Numbered from the stretch's first letter, positions 1 through 13,335 are shown. The stretch is 64,000 nucleotides of DNA from Azolla caroliniana (GCA_043228905.1 JBHGNT010000013.1:8928001-8992000), one strand, 5' to 3'. Notes: generated by a model from the sequence alone, not told the origin. Program-made: numbers and translations.

Positions 1-242
1 ATGAATACCGTCGTGGCATCTCGATGAAGGAAGCTGACATCAACACGAAATATAAAACGGTGGATAAGAAGATCAAGCCAGTTGTGGTTCCGCTACCGGA
101 AGATAGCTGGCAAAAGATGAAGGAAGTCGCTAACGATCCAAGCTTAAGAGATCCGAAGAAGATAGGTCATGACTTCACCAAAGAGACGAAGGGGAAGCTA
201 TGAGTTGGAAAGGAGGATTTCCTTCTCCCTGAAGAGGAGCGA

Positions 243-3146
243 ATGTTTCGCGATATGCTTGAGAGACATGGGAAGGCTTTCGCATTCTTCCCACGAGAAA
301 TCAGATGCGCCGACCCAAAGGTTATAGAGACGATGGTGATCTTCACGGTGCCTCATTTGCCTTGGAATTTGAAACCGAAACCGGTTCCGAGAGCACACCT
401 TCCGAAGCTAATCGAGCTCTTAAAGGAGAAGGTGAGTATGGGAATTCTAGAACCGTCGAATGCTCCTTATTCCAATAGGTGGTTCACGGTGCCGAAGAAG
501 AATGGATCATTGCGATTCATCCAGGATCTTCAACCCGTCAACAAGGTGACAATTCGAAATGCCGGAATCGGTCCGAGCGTGGACGAATTTGCCGAAGCGT
601 TTGCGGGCCGGTCCATCTACTCCATTGGCGATCTCTACTCCGGATATGACCAATTCCAATTGGCGATTGACAGTCGGGACATTACAACCATGAGGACTCC
701 GATCGGGCTTGTGCGGATGTGTACCTTACCCCAAGGCGCAACGAACTCGGTGGCTCATATGGTGAATGGCATGAATAAAGTCTTGAAGGATTGCATTCTG
801 GACATCACGATGCCATTCTTGGATGATATTCCGATAAAAGGATGTTCGGATGAGGAGAAAGATGAATCGAAAGATAAGGAAGGTTGTAGACAGTTCGTTG
901 CGGATCATATGAAAGATTGCGAGAAGGTGCTTCAAAGGCTCGAAGATGCGAATTTGACATTTTCGGGAGAAAAATCCGCATTCGGGCAACCGGAGATCTT
1001 GGTGGTAGGTCACTTGTGTGGAGCATACGGCCGAAAGCCCTCGCCATCCAAAGTGAACGCAATCCAAGACATGAAAAAAGAATGCGAAAACCAAACGGAG
1101 GTTCGAAGGTTCCTTGGAGCGTGCGCGTTTTATCATATATGGATTCCTCACTACGCTCATGTCGCCGAACCATTATATGGACTACTAAAGAAAAGAATAA
1201 AGTTCAAATGGCGAGACGAGCACACAAAGGCGATGCGAAGATTAAAGAAACTACTTCTTGAAGCTCCGGCACTAAGGAAGGCCGACTATGCCGAAGGGAA
1301 ACCAATTTACGTGACCGTAGATACGAGCCCAACTGGAATCGGGTGGGTCATCAATCAAGAAGGTGAAGATAATGCGCGATATGCCGTCCAGTCTGGAGCA
1401 AAGGTTCTCAGCGAACGGCAACAAAGATATGCCCAAGTCAAGCGGGAACTTTGGGGTATTGTGTCGGCAGTGAAGACGGACAAAGATTACCTGATCGGGT
1501 CAGAAGTGATAATAGAGATGGATTGTCTCCCAATTCTCGGAATGGTCTCGGGATGTGCGACCCCAGATCTTGCTATGCTAAGGTGGATCGCCTACATCAA
1601 GTCTTTAAACCCAGAGATCCGTCACATTGCAGGGAAGAAGAACGCCATGGCTGACATGCTGTCGAGAACAAGATTTTCAAATGGAAGTAACATGGTTTCG
1701 GAAGATGAAAATGTCGCCCTCGACTTCTTCAAGATGGCTCGATTGTCGGCGGAAGACCAGGACACGCAAACCCTCCACGCCTTTAACGAGAACGAGTACG
1801 AAGGGGAGTGGTTACTCATTGCTAGATTCCTAAGAACATTGACGGCAAATGCTTCGTTGACAAAGGAGGAGGCCCTACGAATCCGAAAGAAAGCTTACCG
1901 ATACTTCTTGAAGGGAGGATTCCTTTGGCGACATCCAAAAAGAAGGACAGGAATACCACGTCGAGTGGTGGTAAAGAAAGAAGAGCAAGAGACGTTGATG
2001 ATCGAATTCCACGAGAGTGCTTGGGTAGGTCATAGAGGAACATGGGCGACGTTCGAAAAGTTGAAGGAGAAGTACTAGTGGCCAAGCATGTACAAAGATG
2101 TACTCCATTTCGTGTCCACATGCGAAACTTGCCAAGTATATTCAAATATACGTCATCGTGATGAGTTAAAGCCGACATACCCACTCACCATACACTTCAA
2201 ATGGATGGTGGATCTGGTCTCGATGCCAATGGGAGTGGGACAAATGAAGTACTTAGCGCTCGCAAGGGAAGACTTGACAAATCAAGTGGAAGGACGAGCC
2301 TTGACAAATAAGACGACTTCAGCCGTTTGCAAATTTCTACTTGAAGATGTTGTTTGCCGATATGGATGTGTAGGGAAGATAGTGGCCGACCGAGGGGAGT
2401 TGGACGCGCACGAAGCGACGGAGCTCTTCGAAAGACTAGGCGTGAAGCTCTCCCTCACGACTGCCTACAATCCGGAAGCAAATGGGAAGATCGAGCGAGG
2501 GCATGGACCTATCGTTAAAGCCATCGTACGGGCATGCAATGGTCGAGTCGGGAATTGGCCACGACTATTACCCTATGCCTTGTGGGCCGATAGAACGACA
2601 CATAGCTCGGTGACAGGGTATATGCCAACGGAGCTTATGTATGGACAAAAGCCGATTATGCCCATCGAAAGGACGATCGCCTCATGGGTAGCGATACTGT
2701 GGGAGAACGAGATGAGCCGAGAAGAGTTATTAGCGGCGCGGATAAGGAAACTTGAAAGAAGACCTGAAGATTTAGAAAAAGCACGAAAGATGATGAAGGC
2801 AGCCCGAGTAAAGAATAAAGTTCGGTTCGACAACACGCATCGACTTTGTCCCAAGAAGATTGAAGAAGGGGATTGGGTTTTGGTTTACGACAGCACCCTT
2901 GACAATCAACACAGTACAACAAGGAAGTTTGCAAGAAGATGGTTCGGGCCGTATGTGGTGACAAGTGCCAACGATAATGCCACATACCACCTTGCGGAAC
3001 TAGACGGATCAAGGTTGGCCGTACCCATTGCGGGAAAAAGAGTAAAGATTTTCAAGAAAAGACAAGACAAGGATCTTGACCTCGATTACCTCGACGATGA
3101 ACATAATAGGCCGGATGAAAATGAAGACATGGAGGAATCTAATTGA
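243..3146 (+). pseudogene. pol: gypsy pol (RT, RNase H, integrase) with one in-frame TAG at 2076-2078
   Basis: ORFs 243..2078 and 2088..3146 are in frame. Motifs LPQGATNS, FLDD, DTSPTGIG, GHRG..C..C, DRGE, NGKIER, WFGPY. The stop replaces W in KY*WP, which is KYWW in the paralog at 8331..10037. Confidence 0.9.
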
Positions 3147-3218
3147 TCATCTTAGCCGAAATCTCATTTTCTCTCTTCTTGGCACGTACCGGAGGACGTG
3201 CGGTTTGGTGGGGGTGGA

Positions 3219-4790
3219 TGTCGTGAATATTTTCGGCAATAGTGTGAAAATCCCATAAAACGTACGAAATCGAGTATGAATCACATAATACAATAATTGT
3301 GAAGATAACATTTTTAATATCTAAGTATAAAATGATGGAGGTTTCGAATGCACTTTATTACACGAGAAATGGACAACTAAATGTCAAGATATGAGGGTAT
3401 AAAGTTTGTGAAAAGAAAAGAGAAAATTGTGAGATATCCCACATAGGCACGACAAATACGGCTCTCATCATATATAAGGTGGAGCAAAAGATATTATCTT
3501 TGTGTCTATGTGTGGAGCATAGAGAGTTCAAGGTAACTTGAACTAAGAGTGGAGGTGGGCTAGCTACTCGTAAAGGGTTTTGGCCAACCAAAACCGGACC
3601 GACGATGGAGACGGTGAATCGACGGCATCCGGCGAGGCACCGGTAACCTACGGCATCCGGTGACGGCATCCAGCGAGGCACCGGTAACCGACGACATCCG
3701 GTGACGGCATCCAGCGACTATATAAATAAATATATAAATATATGTACAAATATACATATACAAGGAGGGGAAGTAAGGATTCGAACCTTGCACCTTCGAG
3801 TTATGAGTCAATTGGCTTAACATTAAGCCATGCTATTTAGTTAAAATTATATTTCTATCATTGTACTTTTACATGTAAATTCTTATACGTGAGAGCTAAA
3901 ATGAGTGACATGGTTATCATGCACCACATGTAATACATAAGCGCCAAATGGCAAACATGCAATTTATGCATGTCTTGTACCCTCACATGCATCATATGCA
4001 TGAGAGCATCTATAAAAGAAGGAAGGGGGAGGAGAAAAAACACGGTTTTTTTTATGAAAATTAAGACGAAGAAATTGGTTATCAAATTGATCGTGTAACT
4101 TGTTTCTCAAATCTAAAGTTAAAACTTCAATCAATCTCTCTCAATCGTGTGATCTCAACTTCTCTCTTTCCCAATCTATCTTACAAAACTAACTACACAT
4201 GTTGCACCTAACTACAAAACCATATTCTTTGCGGAACGGGGAAATCGTACACATCCATACATGTTAGAGCCCATACCGTTATCTGCCATTCGAACCATTG
4301 CTTCCATGCGACTTAGCTCACATGCATTGCGATGTGAAACAGGGCGTTGGGGTACAAGTGATGAGAGTGGTCGGCTATGCACACTTTGCCCTAAACAAGT
4401 TCGCGAGTCTGAGTATCACACTTTGATACAATGCTCTGCCTTTGATCATATTCGACCATGCTTTCCACATCTCTTCGATCGAGCCCAATCTTTGCATGAA
4501 TTCCTCTCACAACCACAATGTGCACTCTCGATTGCAACATTCATTGGTAAAGTTCTTGAACATCGAGAGTCACTACTCACTTTCACACGTATCACGTGAA
4601 ATGTAATATTTTTGGTCTCATAGGTCATATTTGATCTCCGAAGACGATAATATAATCTATCTATCTATCTATCTTAAGTACTTTCTCGCTAAAGCTTACG
4701 CCAAAGCTTGTACCGACTTTGAATCCTTCCGGTCCAGAACCCCGGCGGTTCCGCCTCACGATCCGCGCGTAGTGACGGATCTTCATGACA
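3219..4790 (+). repeat. 3' LTR of family A element, interrupted by a LINE fragment
   Basis: Follows GGTGGGGGTGGA PPT; terminal inverted repeat TGTCGTGAA/TTCATGACA; TATAAAAG at about 4011; internal GACGGCATCC...GGTAACC tandem repeats at 3620-3715. Confidence 0.8.
4192..4674 (+). mobile_element. 5'-truncated non-LTR retrotransposon (LINE) 3' end with (ATCT)5 tail
   Basis: ORF to 4599 has RLSSHALRCETGRW...RLCTLC...ESEYHTLIQC, the C-terminal Cys/His motif of RTEX/CR1-L2-type ORF2; short 3' UTR then ATCT microsatellite at 4655-4674; left boundary approximate. Confidence 0.75.
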
Positions 4791-7607
4791 ACGGCCGTCT
4801 ATCTCATGAATTGGTGTACGACATCGGGTGTGCATGAACTTACTTCGCACGAGAAGTTCTTTGGAAAGAAGCCGGACCTATGGCTCCATTGCGTATGTGG
4901 ACATCCCCGACGAGAAGCGTCAAAAGCTTGACCCGAAGTCGGAGAAATGTATCCTTGTAGGATACTCACTAGAGTGAAAGGGGAACAAGTGCTACAACCC
5001 CTCAACTCGAAAATCTCGAGTAAGTCGAGACGTCGTTTTTGACGAGTCTGCATCGTGGTACGCACCAGAGACAACTTTGACTTCGATTCCGTGGAATCCG
5101 CCGAACAAGAGATAGAGGATGAAGATCGCCTTATGCTCATGTTCGAAGAAAGTCCGATCACGACCCGACTGAGTGGACCAGAAGAGCCTTCGAGCGATCA
5201 AAGCACATCTCAACCGAGTCCGAAGCTAGACAAAGGGAAGGCCAAAATGCCGGAGTATGAAGACGATCACTTCGACGGCAACGAATCGACTCACTCCCTC
5301 AATAGTGAGTTCGACGGCCTTGAGATCCGGACAAATGGAGCGGAGAAAGTCATAGTATCCGCAAACGAGAAGCTCCTTCGATCCACCCGTGAAAAGAACC
5401 CCGTGAGCCGATTCGGCTACAACGATTATATGGCGTACCATTATGCCTTTATGATGAAGGTAGTGACCGTACGAGAGCCGGAAACGTTTTCCGAAGCCGC
5501 GAAGGACCCCAGATGGGTTGAAGTGATGAATGAGGAGATGCAAGCACTCTCCAAGAACGAGACATGGGATCTCGTTCCCCACTCACCGCACAAGAAGGCG
5601 ATCGGTTGCAGATGGATCTACAAGGTGAAGTATAACGCCAATGGCTCCGTAAACCGCCACAAAGCTCAACTCGTAGCGAAAGGATACGATCAGACGCATG
5701 GCGTCGACTATGAAGAGACATTTGCCCCCATGGCAAAGATGACGACGGTGCAGACCGTGATCGCACTTGCAACGGCAAAAGGGTGGCACCTCCACCAAAT
5801 GGACTTCAAGAACGCCTTTCTTCAAGGCGAATTAGACGAGGAGGTGTACATGTTATAACCACCCGGCTTCGAATCACGCGTTCATCCCAAAGTCGTATGC
5901 CAACTCAAGAAGCCTCTCTACGGCCATAAGCAAGCACCGCGTGCTTGGCATTCGAAGATTACACACTATCTTCATCAAATCGGTTTTCGAATGTCGAAAT
6001 CCAACAACTCCCTCTGTGTACGACACGACTATAGAAGTCTAATTGTTATCATCCTATACGTGGATGATCTGGTCATTGGAGGTGAAAGTCTAGTTGACAT
6101 CAACAAGGTCAAGTCCCTCCTCTCGGGAAAATTTGAGATGACGGACATGAAGGAGCTCCATTACTTCCTTGGCATCGAAGTAATTCAGATTCTGGCCGGC
6201 ATTATGATCTCTCAACGGCACTGCATTCTCAACTTGTTATACAAGTTCTGGATGACTGAGTGCAAATCGGTCGCTATGCCTCTCGATTGAAACCTCAAAC
6301 TAGATGCTGACTCCGGCACAGACGAGTGCGAGTTGACCCAATATCGTCAACTAATTGGGAGCCTCATCTATCTCACGATCACTCAACCCGACCTTAGCTG
6401 TCCAGTTGGACTCCTCAGCCAATTCATGCAAAAACCACACGACATTCACTTGGATTGCGCTAAGCGAGTATTACAATACGTGAGCGGCACAATGGATTAC
6501 GACGTTTTCTACGCATCGGCCACACCAATACGACTCGAAGGGTACATAGACGCGGACTGGGCAGGCTACAAAGCTGATCGACGATCGACCTCTGGATTTG
6601 TCTTCTCGCTCGGTAGCAGAGCAATATCTTGGAGTAATAAGAAGCAGCCTACCGTCGCACTTTTGAGTACGGAGGCCGAATACAGGGGTGCAACCGTAGT
6701 TGAATGTGAAGCCGTATGGTTCAAGAGGATTTTGAAGGATCTGGGCGTACCCATCAAGGATCCGACTCCCATTTACTGCGACAACATGAGCAGTATATAC
6801 CTGGCCCAGAACCCGGTGTTTCACGCGCGCACAAAGCACATCGAAGTGCACTATCACTTCATTCGAGAGCGCGTACAAGCCGGAGATGTCGACCTTCAAC
6901 ACATCAACACGAAACTTTAGACGACCGACATCTTCACCAAAGCCTTAGGAGCCGACAAGCTTCGGCAATTCATGCCAGACCTTGGATTGATGATCCCTAA
7001 CTTGCCAAGCTTGAGGGGGAGTACAAGCGAGAACCGGATACCGTCCGAACCGGGTACGAGCCGAAATAGACACCGGAGATCGTCTGAATCGGATACCAAC
7101 CGAAGTGGACATCAATTGAAAGGAACCAACCCGAGTTGAGCTTGAGGGGGCGTGTTGAGAATCAAGCTCAACATAGCACAATGTGTGAACAAACCTTTTG
7201 AGAATCCATGATTACTCAAAGGTCAAGAGTCACACCACTACTCTCTACACATTAACTATGTGTCATAGAATCATATTCTATGACACATAACTAATGAGTT
7301 ACATAGTCCCCAGGACTATGAGTCTTCACATTCCTCAAGAGAGAGAGTGGTTGTTGTAAAGTTAATGAAGAGAGAGGGTGACTCTATATAAAGCACCCTC
7401 CTCATACTTCATACTAAGTCGGTTGTGACGCCTTGTAATGCTACAATTTTGTATATCCATTCTACTTGTGAAATATACATCTTCTTCTTCTTGAGTATTC
7501 CTTTTTCTATCTATCTTGTGTTCTCTCATCTCTCCTCTAATTCCTCTCACACATACACATAACACACATCTCTTTCGCTACACAAGAATCATACCCGATT
7601 CTTTACA
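4791..7607 (+). mobile_element. Degenerate Ty1/copia element (Bryco/RLC5-like), integrase C-terminus, RT, RNase H and 3' LTR
   Basis: ORF pieces 5055..5858 (LHQMDFKNAFLQG), 5991..6290 (YVDD), 6333..6920 (DADWAG, RTKHIEVHYHF); PPT TTGAGGGGGCG at 7142-7152; LTR TGTTGAG(7153)...TTTACA(7607). Confidence 0.85.
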
Positions 7608-7643
7608 ATATCAATATAATAGATTCTTTTATAATATAAGAAT

Positions 7644-8260
7644 CATGTTACAATGGGTTGGATGCGAATATGACGGATTGTATATAAATGAATGGGGGAA
7701 GAGAGGTGGAGGAAAGAAGAGAGTGGAGTATAGAAGGAGTTTCTTTGTTGATGATGCCTCTCGATGTTGTTTATCCTTCTTCTTCCGCTTTCCAATTGAG
7801 TAGAGCTTCTGCGTACCTTTTCCCTCCCCCCTCTCTTCACTAGAATAGGCTCTTATTTATAGGTTTAGGATTGCTTGCCTTTTTCCCCTAAAAAAATCTT
7901 GTCTATATGAGTCGACTTTTCTTTTCCTCACTATTTTTGTTTTTCAGCCTCAAATTTCACATGCAAGATATTCTTGGAAAGCTCTTTGGGTTAACTTTCT
8001 TATGCATATTTTCTTTTCTAATTTGGACATCTGACGAGGAAATTATGAGTTTTTTTCTCTACTGTGTTCCTCATATCCATGCGTGCTTTTTTTTTTCTCC
8101 CCATCTTTTTGTCTACTTTTGTCTACTTTTGAACACCGCTTCTAACTTTTTATCCTTTCATTTATTACTATAGTCGACTTAACAACATTAGTTTTTATGG
8201 ACTACTATTTTATTCTCTTTTGAGGGTGGTTTCACACTATGTGTTGAAAACATCACGATA
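7644..8260 (-). repeat. Truncated 3' LTR
   Basis: Direct repeat of about 28214-28777, adjacent to the reverse-complement PPT TCCACCCCCACC. Confidence 0.85.
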
Positions 8261-8330
8261 TCCACCCCCACCAAATCTGCACATCCTCCGATATGTGCCA
8301 ATGATTGTTAGCTGCTATTGCTTATTCTTT

Positions 8331-11300
8331 TTAAACCTCAAAGTCTAGAGGTTTGATTTCAGGATTTGTGGTCTCTCTTCTCTTAAAGATCTTGATTCTC
8401 TTCCCTGCAATCGGCAAAGCAAGTCGCGTTCCATCTAACTCCGCTAGAAAATAGGTTGCATTGTTTTCTATTTCCTTAACCACGTATGGAGTAGTGTTAT
8501 GTTGATTATCAAGGCTGCTATCATAGACAAGTACCCAATCTCCTTCAATTTTTCTTAGACGAAAACGATGCTTTTTATCAAAATTCTCCTTGTTCCTCAA
8601 TCGAGCCTCACGTAACCGTTCTATTGCTAACTTGACATATTTGGGTCTTCGTTCTAATTGTTGGATCCTTGTAGGTAGCAAGTCTTCTCGACTCATCTCC
8701 TCTTGCCATGGCAAAGCCGTCCATGAGGTAACACTTTGCTCGATAGGCATTATTGGTTTTTGCCCTAATATGAGCTCGACTGGCATATATCCTGTAGTCG
8801 TGCTATGTGTAGTTCTATCGGCCCACAATGCATATGGCAATAATCGTGGCCAGTCCCCCATCTTCCCATCGCAAGCCATTGCTAGAGCTTTTACAATCGG
8901 GCTATGTCCCCGTTGCACCTTTCCATTTGCCTCTGGGTTGTATACCATGGTAAGTGATAATTTGATTCCTATCCTTGAGAAAAACTCTTTAGCTTCATTT
9001 GCATCTAATTCTCCTCTATCGGCTACTATTTTGCCGACACATCCGTATCGACATATAACATCTTCAAGGAGAAACTGGCAAACCGCCAAAGTTGTTTTAT
9101 TCCTTAGTGCTTGACCTTCTACTTGGTTGGCAAGATCCTCTCTTGCTAGCACGATGTATCTCATTTGCCACAATCCCATTGGCATAACAACTATGTCTAC
9201 CAACCACTTATATTGCATTGATAATGGATATGTCGGATGAAGTTCATCCCTATGTTGAACATTCGAGTATAATTGGCATTGCGCACATGTTTCAACATAG
9301 CTTGTTACATCTTTGTAAACACCCGACCACCAATACTTCTCCTTGAGCTTTGCAAAAGTTGCCCATATACCTTGATGACCTGCCCACACACTATCATGAA
9401 ATTCAACAATTAGTGTTTGTTGATCTTGTTTCTTGCACACCACTCGAATTGGAGTTCCATTTTTCCTCTTTGGAAACTTCCATAGATGTCCTTTGAGGAA
9501 GAACTTGTAGGCCTTCTTCCTAATTCGGTAGAAGTCTTCCTTTGACCATGATTCATCCTTTGTAAGAGAGCTTAAGTACTTGCCAATTTCAATGAATTCA
9601 CCCTCATAATCTTCTACTTTAAACACCTCTAGCACCCGAGCACAAGAAACTGTAAAGAAGTTTAGGCCAACATCCTCTTCATCGGAGCGCGGATCTTCTT
9701 CACCCTCGTACCTTGCCCTTGACAACATATCAGCCACCACATTATATTTCCCAGTTATATGTCGAATCTCGGGGTTGACCGACTTGATATAGGCAATCCA
9801 TCGTAGCATAGCAATATCTGGCGTAGCACAACCGGATATCATCCCGAGAATAGGTAGACAATGGGTTTTGATTATGACTTCCGTTCTGATAAGGTAGTCG
9901 CGATCAGTTTTAACCGCGAATACTATCCCCCATAGCTCTCTCTTTACTTGGGCGTACTTCCTTTGTCTTTCGGTCAACACCTTTGCACTGAATCGGATTG
10001 CATACCGATTTTTGTCTTTCTCTTCTTGGTTAATCACCCATCACTCATTGTTGTAATGTCTCTACTATCGATTGCCAATTGAAATTGATCATAGCCCGAG
10101 TAGAGATCACCAGTGGAATAGATCGATCTTCTTGCGAAGGCTTCGGCAAATTCATCCACGCTTGGACCAATTCCGGCATTTTGGATCGTCACCTTGTTGA
10201 CGGGTTGGAGATCTTGAATAAAGCGTAAGGACCCGTTCTTCTTTGGCACCATAAACCATCTATTGGAGTAGGCAACATTGGACGGCTCAAAAATTCCCAT
10301 CCTAACCTTTTCCTTTAGAAGCTCAATCAACTTCGGAATGTGAGCTCTTGGAACCGGTATCGGCTTGAGGTTCTAAGGTACATGCGGCCCCGTAAATATC
10401 ACCATCGGCTCTATCATCTTCAGGTCGGCACATCTGATTTCTTGTGGAGAGAAGGCGAAGGCTTTCCCATGTCTCTCAAGCATCATCCGAAACCTTTCTT
10501 CTTCTTCGGGGAGAAGGAAGTCATCATTCTTGACTTGGAGTGTCCCTCTTGATTCATCAGAGAAGGTATGGCCTATCCCTTTTGGGTATCTGAGACTTGG
10601 ATCCTTGGTAACTTCTTTCATCCTTTGCCAACTATACTCCGGTAACGGAATAGCTACTAGCTTGACCTTCTTATCTACTTATTTATATTTTGTGTTTACT
10701 TTGACCAACTCCGCCATGAACCCTTGTCGGCATTCGTCGATGGCGGTATACATGTTGATGGAGATGAATTGAATAGTATGTTGCTCATGAGGGCTCAAGT
10801 CCACGATACTCTCCATTTCTCCGATTGTATCGTTAAATGAGGCTTCCTCCATTACCCATGATATGTTGTCTACTTCTTCTAATATTCCTTGTTCTTTTAG
10901 CCAATGTTCAAAGTTTTGAACTTGGCGCTTCTCTCTCTCTCATTGAGTGTAGTCATCCCACACGCACCATTAGGTGCTAAATATAGTTTTCCTTCTTGCT
11001 TCTTTCTTCTTTTCGGGGACTTACTTTTTCTCAGACTATCTTTGCCCCATTCTTCAATAGTCCGTGTTAAAAAATTGAGTCCTCATCTCAAAGGCTATCT
11101 CGGTTCCTCTCATGATTAGCTCGCACTGTCAAGAATTGAACCAACTTTTGACCATCAAGAATCTTCACCCGAGCGAAAGCTGCTCCACTATCGAACACCT
11201 TAGTCTCCATCCTTGATGATGTTATGTAGGGTTGCCCAAGAATCATCGAATGGGAAGCCGAATCTTGCACAAAAAAGTGTTGGTCGATCTCCACATCCCC

Positions 11301-13335
11301 GATTGTGACTTGAATGTTGGGACATGCTCCATAAAGATCTTCTGTGGCCTTTGTCACCGCACGAATCTTCCATCCATGGTTTGTGTTGATAGGCCATCTT
11401 CCCTTGTTGTAGAAATCCGTCGACATGAGGTTAATCTCTGATCCGTGGTCTATAAGAGCCACAACCGTCTCTTTCTTCTCTCCAATCTTCATTGGAGTTT
11501 CCATTGCTGCTCTTGTTGGGAAATCGGTTCCTCCAGATGGGATCCGGTTATGAATGAAGTGGACCCGGTGAGAACCGAAAGAGATTTGGAAACCGGATCG
11601 GATGGACCTGGTGAGAACCGGAAGAGATCCGGAAACTGGATCGGATAGACCCAGTGAGGATCGGAAGAGGAGACATATTTGTAAATATGTTTTGAGTAAG
11701 CCTATTGAGGCTATATTTGTAAATAGCCCTAAGTTCGAATAAGTATAAATATGACTTAGGGCTATCACTTTAAGAAGTTGTAGGTTGTTGCCATATTGTT
11801 GTTGAAAACTATTGTAAAGAGAGAGAGGAGATGTAGAGTTATACTTTGTTGTAACCACTGGTTGGCGAAGATCGCGAGCACTACATCGTTGCCTCTATGT
11901 CTCCACTTTGTATTTTCCTCTCATATAGTGATAGTTCGGAGTCTGTGGGCTCCCGTGGTTTTTTCCCATTAGGGTTTTCCACGTAAACATTCTGTGTACT
12001 CTCTACTTCCCATTTCTGTGTTTCATTCTCATTGAAGTGATTCAAGACTCGGTTGTGGCCAAGCAATATTCCACGCTATTCTCAACAGCTCTCGCCCAAT
12101 GGGGTCGTGTATAATGACTGTCCATTAGATCTTCTTCTTTCTCTTCCGTTCTTGCCATAGTTATGGCATTGGTTGTCACCTTTGTCGAAATTTCCTCTTC
12201 CTCATTAGCTTGTTGTCATTTATGTTTGATAAGATCGACGATGGTCTCATGGAACTCCTTCTTTGCAATTCCAAGTATCTCTCAATGTAAGGTCAATAAG
12301 GCTATCGAGCAATGTTTCTTCAAGAACCTTTCTTAAGTTAGTTGTTTGTTCTATATCCGACCTTAATTTGTATGTTGGCGTAAATCTATCCTTCCCCTTC
12401 TTGGCATTCTCTTCAATGGGTTGAGTTGGTTCCTCGGCTCTCTTGTTTGAGCTTGCATCTTCTTGACGTGTGGTCTTGATCATCTCTTCCTTCTTCTTAA
12501 AGCTTCTTGTGTCATGTTTCTTAGAAGGGCCTTCATTTAGATCCGTCCTCTTCCGCTTCCCATCCACAAACACTTCGTGGGTTTCGCATATGACCTCTGC
12601 GGAGATCATGTTGTTATCAACCGGATCCGCTCACCCGGTAAGGTCTCATACATGAAGGTTGGCTAGCTTTGCATCATCTGAATGAATCTTCCCTTTTTTT
12701 TCGTATTCGAGGACGATCGGCCAAAACCCCGTTCCCGGTTTAATCATTCCAAGCTTCTCCTTCCCGATTCTTATACCGGAGGATGCGTCATAGTGTATAG
12801 CTTTGACGTGGCTCGCATCGGCCTCATCCATGATTTTCTTTAGACTGCCCCTACCGAAATTCACTTGCAAGGGCTTTCGAGTCTCACTTGGGTGTATAAT
12901 GTTGCCTTCCATGTAGACGAGGTTTTGTCGAATTGCCTGTTGAAGGCTAGCACAATCTTTCCTTGCATGATCAACACTATCACACCATACACATCTATAT
13001 GGGTCTTTCCCCTTCGGTCCTCTACGACTCATATTAGCTAACGAAACTGCTTCAAATTTTTGTGCCAACTCTTCAATGATAGAGTTCTCCATCACTCTTT
13101 CGGTCGGGTCACTTTGCTTTGTCATCTCAGTTGCTATTGGAGTCTTCCTTCTTTGGACTACCAGGCCCGCCATGTTGGAATCATCTAGCCATCGACGACG
13201 TTTGTCAAATCGATCACATGCTCTTCTTACTGCAACCCAATCCGTTATGAGACCATTGGATTGTGCTTCGTCCTCTAATAGACTACCTAGTTCTCGTCTA
13301 TCTTTTGCATCCACTGCCTTTAAGAAGTACAAAAC
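8331..13335 (-). pseudogene. pol: Degenerate gag-protease-RT-RNaseH-integrase, with most of RT deleted at about 10037
   Basis: 12646..13335 gag with CVWCDSVDH knuckle; ALIDHGSEINL protease; YSNRWF RT start; 8331..10037 RNase H/integrase homologous to 243..3146. Confidence 0.85.
11514..12087 (+). repeat. Copia solo LTR
   Basis: TGTTGGG...CTCAACA flanked by 5-bp TSD GCTCT; shares blocks (GAGGCTATATTTGTAAATAGCCC, TAGGGTTTTCCACG) with the LTRs at 13606 and 18385. Confidence 0.9.

Larger units (their letters stand above)
1..4790 (+). mobile_element. Ty3/gypsy LTR retrotransposon family A, 3' part (pol + 3' LTR), runs off the window start
   Basis: RT-RNaseH-integrase domain order, PPT at 3205-3218, LTR TGTCGTGAA(3219)...TTCATGACA(4790). 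Confidence 0.9.

Noticed and set aside
2076-2078. Programmed stop-codon readthrough in pol and in the extra ORF
   Set aside because: The paralog has TGG at this position. Stops across the window are mostly TGG>TAG/TGA and CAG/CAA/CGA>stop, consistent with methylation-driven C>T decay.
3763-3835. Functional tRNA-Met gene
   Set aside because: Acceptor and anticodon stems do not pair properly and it lies inside an LTR; reported as tRNA-like only.
11088-11858. 256-aa ORF as a novel protease fusion gene
   Set aside because: Chance read-through from an antisense solo LTR (11514-12087) into the interrupted protease.
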